From the NCBI RefSeq assembly GCF_009914755.1, contig NC_060947.1: a stretch of DNA of 64,000 bases. One strand, written 5' to 3'. Of this stretch, positions 1-15,354 are shown in pieces (the stretch's first letter is position 1; every line of letters starts with the position of its first letter). The position numbers and the translations under genes are program-made. The notes beneath the pieces were generated by a model, which saw only the letters and a program-made list of their open reading frames with translations, had not been told where the DNA came from and made no database searches. This DNA comes from the human T2T-CHM13v2.0 reference genome, Homo sapiens.

Positions 1-610
1 CCCCCAACAGGCCCAGGTGTGTGTTGTTACCCACCCTGTGTCCATATTTTCTCATTGTTCAACTCCCATTTATGAGTAAGAACATGCGATGTTTGGTTTT
101 CTGTTCCTCTGTTAGTTTGCTGAAGATGATGGCTTTCAGCTTCATCCATGTCCCTGCAAAGGACATGATCTCATTCCTTTTTATGGATGCATAGTATCCC
201 ATGGTGTGTATGTACCACATTTTCATTATCCAGTTTATCACTGATGGGCATTTGGGTTGGTTCCATGACTTTGCTATTGTAAATAGTGCTACAATAAACA
301 TACGTGTGCATGTATCTTTATAGTAGAATGATTTATATTCCTTTGGGTATATACCCAGTAATGGGATTGCTGAGTCAAATGGTATTTCTGGTTCCAGATC
401 CTTGAGGAATCATCGTACTGTCTTCCACAATGTTTGAACTAATTTTCACTCCCACCAACAGTGTAAAAGCATTCCTATTTCTCCACAGCCTCACTAGCAT
501 TTATTGTTTCCTGACTTTTTAATAATCGCCATTCTGACTGGCAAGACATGGTATCTTATTGTGGTTTTGATTTGCATTTCTCTAATGATCAATGATGTTG
601 AGCATTTTTT

Positions 611-919
611 TCTTTTTCTTTCTTTTTTTTTTTTTTTTTGAGACAGAGTCTCACTCTGTTGCCCAGGCTGGAGTACAGTGGCGTGATCTCGGCTTACTGC
701 AACCTCCGCCTCCTGAGTTCAAGCAACTCTTGCCTCAGCCTCCCGAGTAGCTGCAACTACAGGCGCCTGCCACCATGCCCAGCTAATTTTTGTATTTTTA
801 GTAGAGATGGGGTTTCACCATGTTGACCAGGCTGGTCTCGAACTCCTGACCTCAGGTGATCCACCTGCCTTGGCCTCCCAAAGTGTTTGGATTACAGGTG
901 TGAGCCACCACGCCTGGCC
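611..919 (-). mobile_element. AluS inserted in L1 ORF2
   Basis: Alu sequence; TSD TGTTGAGCATTTTTT at 596-610 and 948-962, with an extra TTG-rich run at 920-947. Confidence 0.95.
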
Positions 920-3900
920 CTGTTTTGTTTTTTGTTGTTGTTGTTGTTGTTGAGCATTTTTTCATATGTTCGTTGGCCGCGTAAATGTCTTCTTTTGAGA
1001 AGTGTCTGTTCATATTTTTTGCCCACTTTTTTATGGGATTGTTTGTTTTTTTTCCTTGTAAATTTGTTTAAGTTCCTTGTAAATTCTGGTTATTAGACCT
1101 TTGTCAGGTGGATAGATTGCAAAAATTTTCTCTCATTCTGTAGGTTGCCTGTTCACTCTGATGATAGTTTCTTTTGCTGTGCAGAAGCTCTTTAGTTTAA
1201 TTAGATCCCATTTGTCAATTGTGGCTTTTGTCGTAATTGCTTTTGGCATTTTTGTCATGAAATCTTTGCCCATGCCTATGTCCTGAATGGTATTGCCTAG
1301 GTTTTCTTCTAGAGTTTTTATGATTTGGGGTTTTACATTTAAGTCTTTAATCCATCTTGAGTTAATTTTTGTATAAGGTGTAAGGAAGGGGTCCAGTTTC
1401 AGTTTTCTGCATATGGCTAGCCAGTTTTCCCAGCACCATGTATTGAATAGGAGATCCTTTCCCCATTGCTTGTTTTTATCAGGTTCAATGAAGATAAGAT
1501 GGTTGTAGATGTGTGGTGTTATTTCTGAAGTCTCTGTTCTGTTCCACTTGTCTATATGTCTGTTTTGGTACCACTACCATGCTGTTTTGGTTACTGTAGC
1601 CTCGTAGTATAGTTTGAGGTCAGGTAGCATGATGCCTCCAGCTTTGTTCTTTTTGCTTAGGATTGTCTTGGTTATACAGGGTCTTTGATGATTCCATATG
1701 AAATTTAAACTAGTTTTTTCTAATTCAGTGAAGTACATCAATGGTAGTTTGATGGGAATAGCATTGAATCTATAAATTACTTTGATCAGTATGGCCGTTT
1801 TCACAATATTAATTCTTCCTGTCCATGAGAATGGAATGTTTTTGCATTTGCTTGTATCCTCTCATTTCCTTGAGCAGTGGTTTGTAGTTCTCCTTGACAG
1901 GGCCCTTCATGTCCCTTGTTAGCTGTATTCCTAGGTATTTTATTCTCTTTGTAGTGATTGTGAATGGGAGTTCATTCATGATTTGGCTCTCTGCTTGTCT
2001 ATTGTTGGTGTAAAGGAATGCTTGTGATTTTTGCACATTGATTTTGTATCCTGAGACTTTGCTGAAGTTGTTTATTAGTTTAAGGAGTTTTTGGGCTGAG
2101 ATGATGGGGTTTTCTAAATATACAATCATGTCATCTGCAAACAGAGACAATTTGACTTCCTCTCTTCCTATTTGAATACACTTTATTTCTTTCTTTTGCC
2201 TGATTGCCCTGGCCAGAACTTCCAATACTATGTTGAATAGGAGCGGTGAGAGGGCATCCTTGTCTCGTACTGGTTTTCAAAGGGAATGCTTCCAGCTTTT
2301 GCCCATTCAATATGATATTGGCCGTGGGTTTGTCATAAATAGCTCTTATTATTTTGAGATATGTTCCATCAATACCTAGTCTGTTGAGATTTTTTAACAT
2401 GAAGGGATGTTGAATTTTATTAAAGGCCTTTTCTGCATCAGTTGAGATAATCATGTGTTTTTTTGTCTTTGGTTCTGTTTATGTGATGGATTACATTTAT
2501 TGATTTGCATATGTTGAACCAGCCTTGCATCCCAGGGATGAAGCCAACTTGATTGTTATGGATAAGTTTTTCGATGTGCTGCTGGATTCGGTTTGCCAGT
2601 ATTTTATTGAGGATTTTTTCATTGAAGTTCATCTGGGATATTGGCCTGAAGTTTTGTTTTTTTGTTGTGTCTCTTTCTAGTTTGAGTATCAGGATGATGC
2701 TGGCTTCATAAAATGAGTTAGGGAGGAGTCCCTCCTTTTCAATTTTTTGGAATAGTTTCAGAAGGAATGGTACCAGCTCCTCTTTGTACCTCTGGTAGAA
2801 TTTGGCTGTGAATCCATGTGGTCCTGGGCTTTTTTTGGTTGGTAGTCTATTAATTACTGCCTCAATTTCATAACTTGTTATTGGTCTATTCAGGTATTCA
2901 ACTTCTTCCTGGTTTAGTCTTGGGAGGGTGTATGTGTCCAGGAATTTATCCATTTCTTCTAGATTTTCTAGTTTATTTGCATAGAGGTGTTTATAGTATT
3001 CTCTGATGGCAGTTTGTATTTCTGTGGGGTCAGTAGTGATATCCCCTGTATCATTTTTTATTGTGTCTATTTGATTCTTCTCTGTTTTCTTCTTTATTAG
3101 TCTAGCTAGTGGTCTATTTTGTTAATTTTTTCAAAAAACCACCTCCTGGATTCATTGATTTTTTTTTTTTTGGAGTGTTTTTTGTGTTTCTATATCCTTC
3201 AATTCTGCTCTGATCTTAGTTATTTCTTGTCTTCTGCTAGCCTTTGGATTAGTTTGCTCTTGCCTCTCTAGCTATTTTAATTGTGATGTTAGGATGTCGA
3301 TTTTAGATCTTTCTAGCTTTCTGATGATGTAGGCATTTAATGCTATAAATTTCCCTCTTAACATTGCTTTAGCTGTGTCCCAGAGATTCTGGTACATTGT
3401 CTCTTTGTTCTCCTTGGTTTCAAAGAACTTCTTGATTTCTGCCTTAATTTCATTATTTACCCAGGAGTCACTCAGGAGCAGGTTATTCAATTTCCATGTA
3501 ATTGTGCAGTTTTGAGTGAGTTTCTTAATCCTTAGTTCTAATTTGATTGCACTGTGGTCTGTGAGACTGTTTGTTATGATTTCAGTTCTTTTGCATTTGC
3601 TGAGGAGTGTTTTACTTCGAATTATGTGGTTGATTTTAGAATAAGTGCCATGTGGCACTGAGAAGAATATATATTCTGTTGATTTGGGGTGGAGAGTTCT
3701 GTAGATGTCTATTAGGTCCACTTGATCCAGAGCTGAGTTCAAGTCCTGAATATCCTTGTTAATTTTCTGTCTCTTTGATCTGTCTAATATTGACAATGGG
3801 GTGTTAAAGTCTCCCACTATTATTGTGTGGGAGTCTAAGTCTCTTCGTAGGTCTCTAAGAACTTGTTTTATGAATCTGAGTGCTCCTGTTTTGGGTACAT

Positions 3901-4536
3901 ATATATTTAGAATAGTTAGCTCTGCTTGCTGAATTATTCCCTTTACCATTATGTAATGCCCTTCTTTGTCTTTTTTGATCTTTGTTGTGTTAAAGTCTAT
4001 TTTGTCAGAGACTAGGATTACTACTCCTGCTTTTTTTTTCTTTCCATTTGCTTGATAAATTTTCCTCCATCCCCTTATTCTGAGCCTATGTGTGTCTTTG
4101 CACATGAGATAGGTCTACTGAATACAGCACACCCATGGGTCTTGACTCTTTATCCAATTTGCCAGTCTGTGTCTTTTAACTGGGGCATTTAGCTCATTTG
4201 CATTTAAGGTTAGTATTGTTATGTGTGAATTTGATCCTGTCATCATGATGCTATCTGGTTATGTTGGACACTAGGTGATGTAGTTTCTTCATAATGTCAT
4301 TGGTCTTTATATTTTGGTGTGTTTTTACAGTGGCTGGTACCGGTTTTTCCTTTCCAAATTTAGTGCTTCTTTCAGGAGCTCTTATAAGGCAGGCCTGGTG
4401 GTGACAAAATCCCTCAGCATTTGCTTGTCTGGAAAGTATTTTATTTCTCCTTCACTTGTGAAGCTTAGTTTGTCTGGATATGAAATTCTGCGTTGAAAAT
4501 TCTTTTCTTTAAGAATGTTGAATATTGGTCCTCAAT

Positions 4537-4827
4537 ATTTTTTTTTAGACAGGGTCTCACTCCATTGCCCAGGCTGGAGTGCAGTGGCACAGTCTTGGCT
4601 CACTGCTACCTCTGTCCCCAGGGTTCAAGTGATTCTCCTGCCTCAGCCTCCTGAGTAGCTGGGAGTACAGGCACATGCCACCACACCCAGCTAGTTTTTG
4701 TATTTTTAGTAGAGAGAGAGTTTCACCATGTTGGCTAGGCTGGTCTTGAACCCCTGGCCTCAAGTGATCCACCCACCTCGGCCTCCCAAAGTGCTGAGAT
4801 TACAGGTGTGAGCCGCAACGCCCAGCC
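4537..4827 (-). mobile_element. Alu inserted in L1 ORF1
   Basis: Alu sequence with poly-T at the left. Confidence 0.93.
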
Positions 4828-5000
4828 TGGCCCCCAGTCTCTTCTGCCTTTTAGAGTTTCTGCTAAGAGGTCTGCTGTTAGTCTGATTGGCTTCCCTTTG
4901 TAGGTGACCTGGCCTTTCTTTCTGGCTGCCCTTAACATTTTTTCCTTCATTTTGACCTTGGAGAATCGGAGAATCTGATGATTATGTGTCTTGTGGTTGA

Positions 5001-5306
<306 letters not shown>

Positions 5307-6533
5307 TTGCGGTTGATCTTCTCATGGAGTATCTTAGTGGTGTTCTCTGTATTTCCTGAATTTGCGTGTTGGTCTGTCTTGCTATGTTGGGGAAGTTCTC
5401 CTGGATAATATCCGAAAGTGTGTTTTTCAACTTATTTCCATTCTCCCTGTCTCCTTGCAGTACTCCAATCAATTGTAGGTTTGGTCTTTTTACAGAGTCC
5501 CATATTTCTTGGAGGCTTTGTTCATTCCTTTTCATTCTTTTTTCTCTAGTCTTGTCTGCATGCCTTATTTCAGCAAGGTGGTCTTCAAACTCTAATATCC
5601 TTTCTTCCACTTGGTTGATTCAGCTATCGATACTTGTGTATGCTTCATGAAGTTCTTGTGCTGTGTTTTTCAGCTCCCTCAGGTCATTTATGTTCCTGTC
5701 TAAACTGATTCTAGTTAGCAGCTCCTCTAACCTTTTATCAAGGTTCTTAGCTTCTTTGCATTGGGTTAAAACATCCTCCTTTAGCTCAGCATAGTTTTTT
5801 ATTACCTATCTTCCGAAGCCTACTTCTGTCAATTCGTTCTTATCATCCTCCATCCAGTTCTGTGCCCTTGCTGGAAAGATGTTGTGATCATTTGGAGGAG
5901 AAGAGGCACTCTGGCCTTTTGAGTTTTGAGCTTTTTTTCACTGTTTTTCTCTTATTTTCATGAGTTTGTGTAGTTTCGATCTTTGAAGCCTCAAAGACCC
6001 TTGGATGGGGTTTTGGTGGGAGCTTTTGTTGTTGTTGATGCTGTTGTTATTGATGCTGTTGTTGCTTTCTGTTTGTTTTTCTTTCAATGGTCAGGTCCCT
6101 CTTCCGTACGGCTGCTGCTATTTGCTGGGGGTTCACGTCAGGCCCTATTCATCTGGTTCACTCCTGCACCTGGAGATGTCACTCAAGGAGGCGCCTCCCT
6201 TGGCTGGGGGATGGGGGCTCCTTTGCCTTGTGTGGCTCTCAGGTGGGCCACCTGACCACACTATTCTTCCTTCCTCTCCATGGATCATGCCAACCTACTA
6301 GTCAGTTCTGATGAGAGAACCTGGATATGTTGGTTGCCGTTAAAGGATTCACATGCTTATGGTTCTTTTCCATGGGAAACTTGATTGCCGCTGTTTCTAG
6401 TCAGCCATCTTGACCCTGCGCTGTCCTCCTTTTTAAATTCATAACTAGTTAAAAGACAAAGTCAAATTTTAAAAAGACAAATTATTAAGTAAAATAAGAT
6501 TTAAATAATAAAAAATAAGTGTATTTATAACTA

Positions 6534-6972
<439 letters not shown>

Positions 6973-7868
6973 TTACTTTTTCCTTTCCAATCTGGATGTC
7001 TTATATTTCATCTTAATTCCTAATTGCCCCAGTTGGAACTTTCAGTCAGTACAGTTTTGGATAGAAGTGGTGAGAACATCTGGACAGACCCCAGACTAAA
7101 AAGAAAAGAAAGAAAGAAAGAAAGAAAGAAAAGAAATGGTGAGAACAGACATTCTGGTCTTCTTCCTGATCTAAGCTTTTATCCTTTCATTCAAATCAAG
7201 TATGATGTTAGCTGTGAGTTTTTTATAGGTAACCTTTATCATATTGAGGAAGTTCCCTTTTATTCCTAGTTTATTGAGTGTTTTATTATGAAAGGGTGTT
7301 AGATTTATGTTTTTATTTATGTTTTTGTGCATCTATTGAGATGATCATGTAGTTTTTGTCCTCTAGTCTATTTACATGGTGTATTACATTGATTTTTGGA
7401 TGTTAAAGCAACCTTGCATTACTGCAATAAATCCCACTTGGTCATGGTGTATAATTCTTTTTATATGTTGCTGGATTCAGTTTGTTAGTATTTATACACT
7501 GCTGGGTCATGGTGTATAATTCTTTTTAGATGTTGCTGAATTCAGCTTGCTGGTATTTTGTTGAGGGATTTTGTGTCTGTATTCATGAAAGACATTTGTC
7601 TGTAGTTTTCTTGTGACATCTTTGTCTGGTTTTGGTATCAAGGTAGTACTGGCCTCATACAATGAGTTAAGAAGTGTTCTCTCCTCTTTTGATTTTTGGA
7701 AGGGTTTGTGAAAGGCTGGTATAAGTGCTTCTTTCAGCATTTGGTGGAATCCACTAGTGAAGTCACCTGGGCCTGGACTTTTTTCGGGGGTGAGGGAGGA
7801 GTTTTAATTCCTATCCTAATTCAATTTCTTTTCCTGATACTGTCTATTCAGATTTTCTATCTTCTTGA

Positions 7869-8258
<390 letters not shown>

Positions 8259-9072
8259 TGATATATCCTTATTCATATTCCCTTATAATCAATTCCATAT
8301 CTGTATGGTCAGTAGTGATATTCTTTCTTTCATTCCTGATTTTAGTAATTTGAGTCTTCTCTCTTTTTTGTTTGATCTTTCCAGCTAATCTGTTCAAAAC
8401 ACCAACTTTTAGTTTTATTGATTTTCTCTATCTTTTTTCTATCCTCTATGTATTTCCTTCCACTTGCTTTGGGTTGTTTGCTCTTCTTTTTTTGCCTTTA
8501 TTTTTGTTTTGTTTTTAATTTTTGTGTGTACATAGTAGTTGTATATATTTGTGGGGTACATGAGATGTTTTGTTACAGGCATGCAATGTGAAATAAGCAC
8601 ATCATGGGGAATGGGGTATTCATCCTCTCAAGCATTTATCCTTTCTTTGTGTTACAAACAATCCAATTATACTCTTTTAGTTATTTTATTTTATTTTTAT
8701 TTCAATAGTTTTTAGGGAACAGGTGGTGTTTGGTTACATGGATAAGTTCTTCAGAGGTGATTTCTTAGATTTTGGTGTACCCATCACCCGAACAGTGTAC
8801 CCTGTACCCAGTGTGTAATCATCTTTTATTCCTCACCCCCTCCCGCCCTTCCCCGCAAGTCCCCAAGGTCCAGCCTATCATTTTTATGCCTTTGCATCCT
8901 CATAGCTTAGCTCCCACTTGTAAGTGAGAACATATGATGTTTGGTTTTCCATTCCTGAGTTACTTCACTTAGAATAATGGTCTCCAACTCCACCCAGGTT
9001 GCTGCAAATGCCATTATTTCATTCCTTTTTATGGCTGAGTAGTATTTCATTGTATATATTTACCACATTTTA

Positions 9073-9111
9073 GTCTACAGCCATACCTCCCTGAATGTGT
9101 CCAATCTCATC
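9073..9111 (+). pseudogene. 5S rRNA 5'-end fragment (nt 1-39), tailless retropseudogene
   Basis: GTCTACAGCCATACCTCCCTGAATGTGTCCAATCTCATC versus 5S GTCTACGGCCATACCACCCTGAACGCGCCCGATCTCGTC: 32/39 identical, 5 of 7 changes are CpG decay; flanked by ACCACATT repeats. Confidence 0.85.
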
Positions 9112-9149
9112 AACCACATTAAAAAAATTTTTTAATATTCATTTATTAA

Positions 9150-9252
9150 TGTTTTTAGATGGAATCTCGCTCTGTCACCCAGGCTGGAGTGAAGTGGTGC
9201 AATCTTGGCTCCAAAAGTGCTGGGATTACAGACATGAGCCACTGTGCCCAAC
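9150..9252 (-). mobile_element. Internally deleted Alu (about 100 bp, both ends retained)
   Basis: Right-arm end joined directly to the left-arm start at about 9210. Confidence 0.85.
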
Positions 9253-9546
9253 TGTACCACATTTTTCTTCATCTGCTCGTTGATTGATGGGCATTTGGGC
9301 TGGTTCCATATTTTTGCAGTTGTGAATTGAATTGTGCTGCTATAAATATGCATGTGCAAGTGTCTTTTTCATATAATGACTCTTGGATCAAATGGTAAAT
9401 CTACTTTTAGTTTTTTAAGGAATCTCCATACTGTTTTCCATAGTGGTTGTACTAGTTTACATTCCCACCAGCAGTGTAAAAGTGTTCCTTTTCACCATAT
9501 CCACACCAACACATATTTTTTTTTTATTTTTAAATTATGACCATTC

Positions 9547-9828
9547 TTTTTTTTTTTTTTTTTTTTTGACAGAGTCTTGTTCTGTCACCCAGGATGGAGT
9601 GCAGTGGCACAACCTCCACCTTCCGTGTTCAAGCCATTCTCCTGGCTCAGCCTCTTGAGTAGCTGGGATTACGGGCATGCACCACCATGCCTGGCTAATT
9701 TTTGTATTTTAGTAGAGACGGAGTTTCACCATGTTGGTCAGGCTGGTCTCGAACTCCTGACCTTGTGATCTGCCCACCTCAGCTTCCCAAAGTGCTGGGA
9801 TTACAGGCATGTGCTATCGCGCCCAGCC
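9547..9828 (-). mobile_element. AluS in L1PB
   Basis: Alu sequence with poly-T. Confidence 0.93.
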
Positions 9829-11321
9829 ATTATGGTGAATTCTTGTAGGAGTAAGGTGATATTGCATTGTAATTTTGATTTGCATTTCCCTGATAATTAG
9901 TGATGTTGCACATTTTTCCCTATGCTCGGCCATTTGTATACCTTCTTTTGAGAATTGTCTATTCATGTCCTTAGCCAACTTCTTGGTGGGATTGTTTGTT
10001 TTTTTCTTGCTGATTTGTTTGAGCTCCTTGTAGATTCTGGATATTAGTCCTTTGTTGGATGCATAGTTTGCAAAGATTTTCTCCCACTCTGTGGGTTGTC
10101 TGTTTACTCTGTTGACTGTACCTTTTGCTGTGCAAAAGCTCTTTAGTTTAATTAAGTCCCAACTATTTATCTTTATTTTTATTGCTTTTGCTTTTGGGTT
10201 CCTGGTCATGAAATCCTTGTGTAAGCCAATGTCTAGTAGGGGTTTTCCAATGTTATCTTTTAGAACTTTTATGGTTTCAGGTCTTAGATTTAAGTCCTTA
10301 ATCCCTCTTGAGTTAATTTTTGTGCAATGTGAGAGATGAGGATCCAGTTTCATTCTCCTACATGGGGCTAGCCAGTTGTCCCAACACCATTTGTTGAAAA
10401 GGGTGTCCTTTCCCCACTTTATGTTTTTGTTTGCTCTGTCGAAGATCAGTTGGTTGTAAGTATTTGGGTTTATTTTTGGGTTCTCTATTCTGTTCCATTG
10501 GCCTATGTACCTATTTTTATACCAGTACCATGCCTCGTAGTATAGTTTGAAATCTGATAATGTGATGCCTCCAGATTTGTTCTTTTGCTTAGGATTGCTT
10601 TTGCTATGCGGGCTCTTTTTTGGTTCCATATAAATTTTAGGATTTTTTTTTCTAGTTCTGTGAAAAATGATGATGGCATTTTGATGGGAATAGCGTTGAA
10701 TTTGCAGATCGCTTTTAGCAGTATGGTCATTTTCACAATATTGATTGCACACACCCATGAGCATAGGCTGTGTTTTCATTTGTTTGTGTCATCTGTGATT
10801 TCTTTCAGCAGTGTTTTGTAGTTTTCCTTGTAGAGGTCTTTCACCTCCTTGGTGTTTTATTTTTTTTGCAGCTATTGTAAGAAGGGTGAAGTTCTTGATT
10901 TGATTCTCAGCATGGTCACTGTTGGTGTATAGCAGTGCTACTGATTTGTGTACATTGATTTTGTATCCTGAAACTTTAATGAATTCATCTATCAGATCTA
11001 GGAGCTTTTTGGATGAGTCTTCAGCATTTTCTAAGTATATGATCATATCATCTGTGAACAGTGACAATTCGACTTCCTCTTTACCAGTTTGGATGCCCTT
11101 TATTTATTTCTCTTGTCTGATTACTCTGGCTCTTTTAGTTATTTTTAAAAGTACAATTAAGTTATTATTGACGGTAGTCACCCTATTGCGTTATCAAATA
11201 GTAGGTCTTATTCATTCTTTCTACTTAGTTTGCTCTTGTTTTTCTGGTTTCTTAAGGTAGAAGTGGAAGTTTATGGTAATTCATATGAAATCTTTCCTCT
11301 TTTTTAACGTAGGCACTTTCA

Positions 11322-11774
<453 letters not shown>

Positions 11775-11787
11775 TTAAGAGTGTTTT

Positions 11788-12082
11788 GGCTGGGCACGGT
11801 TGCTCATGCCTGTAATCCCAGCATTTTGGGAGGCTGAGGCAGGCAGATCACTTGAGGCCAGGATTTTGAGACCAGCCTGGCCAACATGGTGAAACCTCAT
11901 GTCTACCAAAAATACAAAAATTAGCTGGGCGTGGTGGCAGGTGTCTGTAATCCCAGCTACTTGGGAGGCTGAGGCGGGAGGATCACTTCAGCCCAGGAGG
12001 TGAAGGTTGCAGTGAGCCAAGATTGCACCACTACACTCCAACCTAGGTGACAGAGCAAGACCCTGTATCAAAAAAAAAAAAA
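11788..12082 (+). mobile_element. Alu (J/S)
   Basis: Full Alu dimer; TSD AA(G/A)AGTGTTTT. Confidence 0.93.
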
Positions 12083-12408
12083 AGTGTTTTGTTTGATTTC
12101 TACTTGTGAATTTCCCAGACTCCCTTCTGTTACTGATTTCTAATTTAATTATGTTGTGCTCAGAAAATATATTTTGTATGATTTTATTCCTTTTAAATCT
12201 AGTAAGGCTTATTTTATATCCTAACATACGGTTTATTCACAACAGTGTTCCATATGCACTTAAGAATAATGTATATTCTGCTGCTGTTAAGTAGATGGTT
12301 CTATAGATTTCGGTTAGGTCTAGTTTGATTTATAGTATTGTTCAGGTCCTCTGTTTCCTTGTTGATATTCTGCTTAGTTGTTTTATCCATTATTGAAAGT
12401 GGAGTATT

Positions 12409-12690
12409 GGCCGGGTGCGGTGGGTCACGCCTGTAATCCCTGCATTTGGGAGGCCAGGGCAGGTGGATCACTTGAGGTCAGGAGTTTGAGACCAGCCTGG
12501 CCAACATGGTGAAACCCCGCCTCTACCAAAAACACAAAAAATTAGTCGGGCGTGGTGGCAGGCGCCTGTAATCCTGGCTACTCGGGAGGCTGAGGCAGGA
12601 GAATCACTTGAACCCAGGAGGCGGAGGCTGCAGTGAGCCGAGGTCGCACCACTGGACTCTAGCCCAGGCAACGGAGTGAGACTCCGTCTC

Positions 12691-12724
<34 letters not shown>
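12409..12724 (+). mobile_element. AluS
   Basis: Full Alu dimer; TSD GAAAGT(G/A)GAGTATT. Confidence 0.95.
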
Positions 12725-12964
12725 GAAAGTAGAGTATTGAAGTCTCCTACTACTGTTGTTGAATTGTGTATTTTTCCCTTCAATTCTGTCAGTTTTTTCT
12801 TCCTGTATTTGGGAGTTTTGTTGTTAGGTGCCAGTGCTGTACTTTTGTCATAGATGTAATCTCTAGTGAAAGGCAACACTGGCATATTGACTCTGTCAAA
12901 CTGGAGTTTGAGTGGCATTTTGAAGGCTTGTTTTCCAGCATCTTGACCACCATGATGAGTTATA

Positions 12965-13160
12965 AGGGTAATGGCTAAAAACATGGGTTTTGAAGTCTTT
13001 CAGACCTAGGCGGAAATCCAGTCTACCACTTGGTCTATGTAACCTTAGGTGAGTCAGTTTCTTTATCCTTAAAATGTGAATAATGATAATAACTACCTCA
13101 TTGGGTTGTTATGAAGAATAAGTAGGATCATGTATATTAGGACCTTAGCCTAAGTTAGTG
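12965..13160 (+). mobile_element. MIR
   Basis: MIR core-like CAGTTTC..AAAATG..ATAATAACTACCTCATTGGGTTGTTATGAAGAATAA. Confidence 0.7.
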
Positions 13161-13979
13161 CTTGTTTGTTATCTGTCTGTCTGCTGTCCGAGTATATTCT
13201 CACAGATAAAATGGGGAAGAGCTCCAAAAACAGTGAGAGAAGGTATTCACAGATAAAGCATTTGCTATAGATAATTCTCAGATGCACACACCTACCATCA
13301 TTAAGAGCGGTTGACGAGAGCATTTGCCATATGTATGTGTAGCAGGTAGGGCTGGCCCTGCATGAATGCAGAAAAGAATAAAATTTGAAGAATTATAAGA
13401 ATGCTTCCCCTGCCCTCCTCCCACATATGCACATCCCAGCATATCTCCCATATACTTTACACATTCAGACCCCGGAATTCTAATATAGAGCCTTATTCTT
13501 TTAGGATCCCTCCATCAACAGGCCTCTTTGAAATGCAAACTCTTCGGCATTATATGTAGCCTGTTTAACAGGTTCTGACTAAAGCATTAGTAACTTGTCA
13601 GATTTATTTCCTTCTGCTAGAAGAGATTCAAGATAACAAGAACAACAGAGCACTGGTGGAAAAGCTCTGAAAAGGGGTGGGGACAGGGGTAGGAACAGTT
13701 CCAAGTGGGACATACGTTTACAGCTGACTTTCAGATAGAGGGTATCCATGTAAGAGTCCAGCTGTGCCCAGATACCAGGCCCTAAACCAGGGTGTTCACC
13801 CCGACCCCTACCATACCCCATGCCTTTTCCCATTTCAGAGGTGATGGGGCTATTAGCAGCTCAGGTTATTAGACTCTATTCACTCTACTTTCAGGGTCAG
13901 CAGTAACATAGCTCATCAACTTCCCTACCTCTAATCTTTGGCAGCCAGGTAATGCTTTGTCTTGGGACCTGCCACTTGA

Positions 13980-14903
<924 letters not shown>

Positions 14904-15354
14904 TGATTCCTTCTCCCTCTTTCCACCCCCTTCTCTTGTCCAACAAGGGCCAGTAGGTAACATTGTGTCTTCCCAAATAGGTGTCAGAGTCACTGAGGTA
15001 TGTCAGGGCAGTGGATGTACCAAAGGTTCTTTAGATAGGGTCAGAGGAGCAATGATGTTACAGCAGGGAGCAGCTGCTCAGCTCTAGCTAGAGTTCTGGC
15101 TCTCGTCATTGCATCTCTTTGGAAATGCCTTACAGATAGATCCCAGGGATTGGGGTCATGACAGCTATGGATGCAGGCCAGGATAGAGGATCAGAGAAAA
15201 ACTGTGAGAGATGTAGAAGACAGGTGAAGAACAGAACATCCAGCATGCACATGATTGAAAGAAAAGGAAAACGACCAACTCACTACCTAGTGACCTGGGA
15301 CCAGGGGAGCCAAGGGCCATCACTGCTCATGGCTGAGGTCTTTATCCTGCCTAA

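Larger units (their letters stand above)
8688..11129 (-). mobile_element. 5'-truncated L1PB-type element
   Basis: ORF2 C-terminal peptides (9814-10779, 10789-11067); L1PB-like 3' UTR; perfect 16-bp TSD CTCTTTTAGTTATTTT at 8672-8687 and 11130-11145. Confidence 0.9.
8492..11227 (-). mobile_element. Short L1MA-type 3' end fragment (8492-8687 plus 11146-11227) split by an L1PB insertion
   Basis: L1MA-like 3' UTR sequence; TSD GTTTGCTCTT(C/G)TTTTT at 8476-8491 and 11228-11243. Confidence 0.8.
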
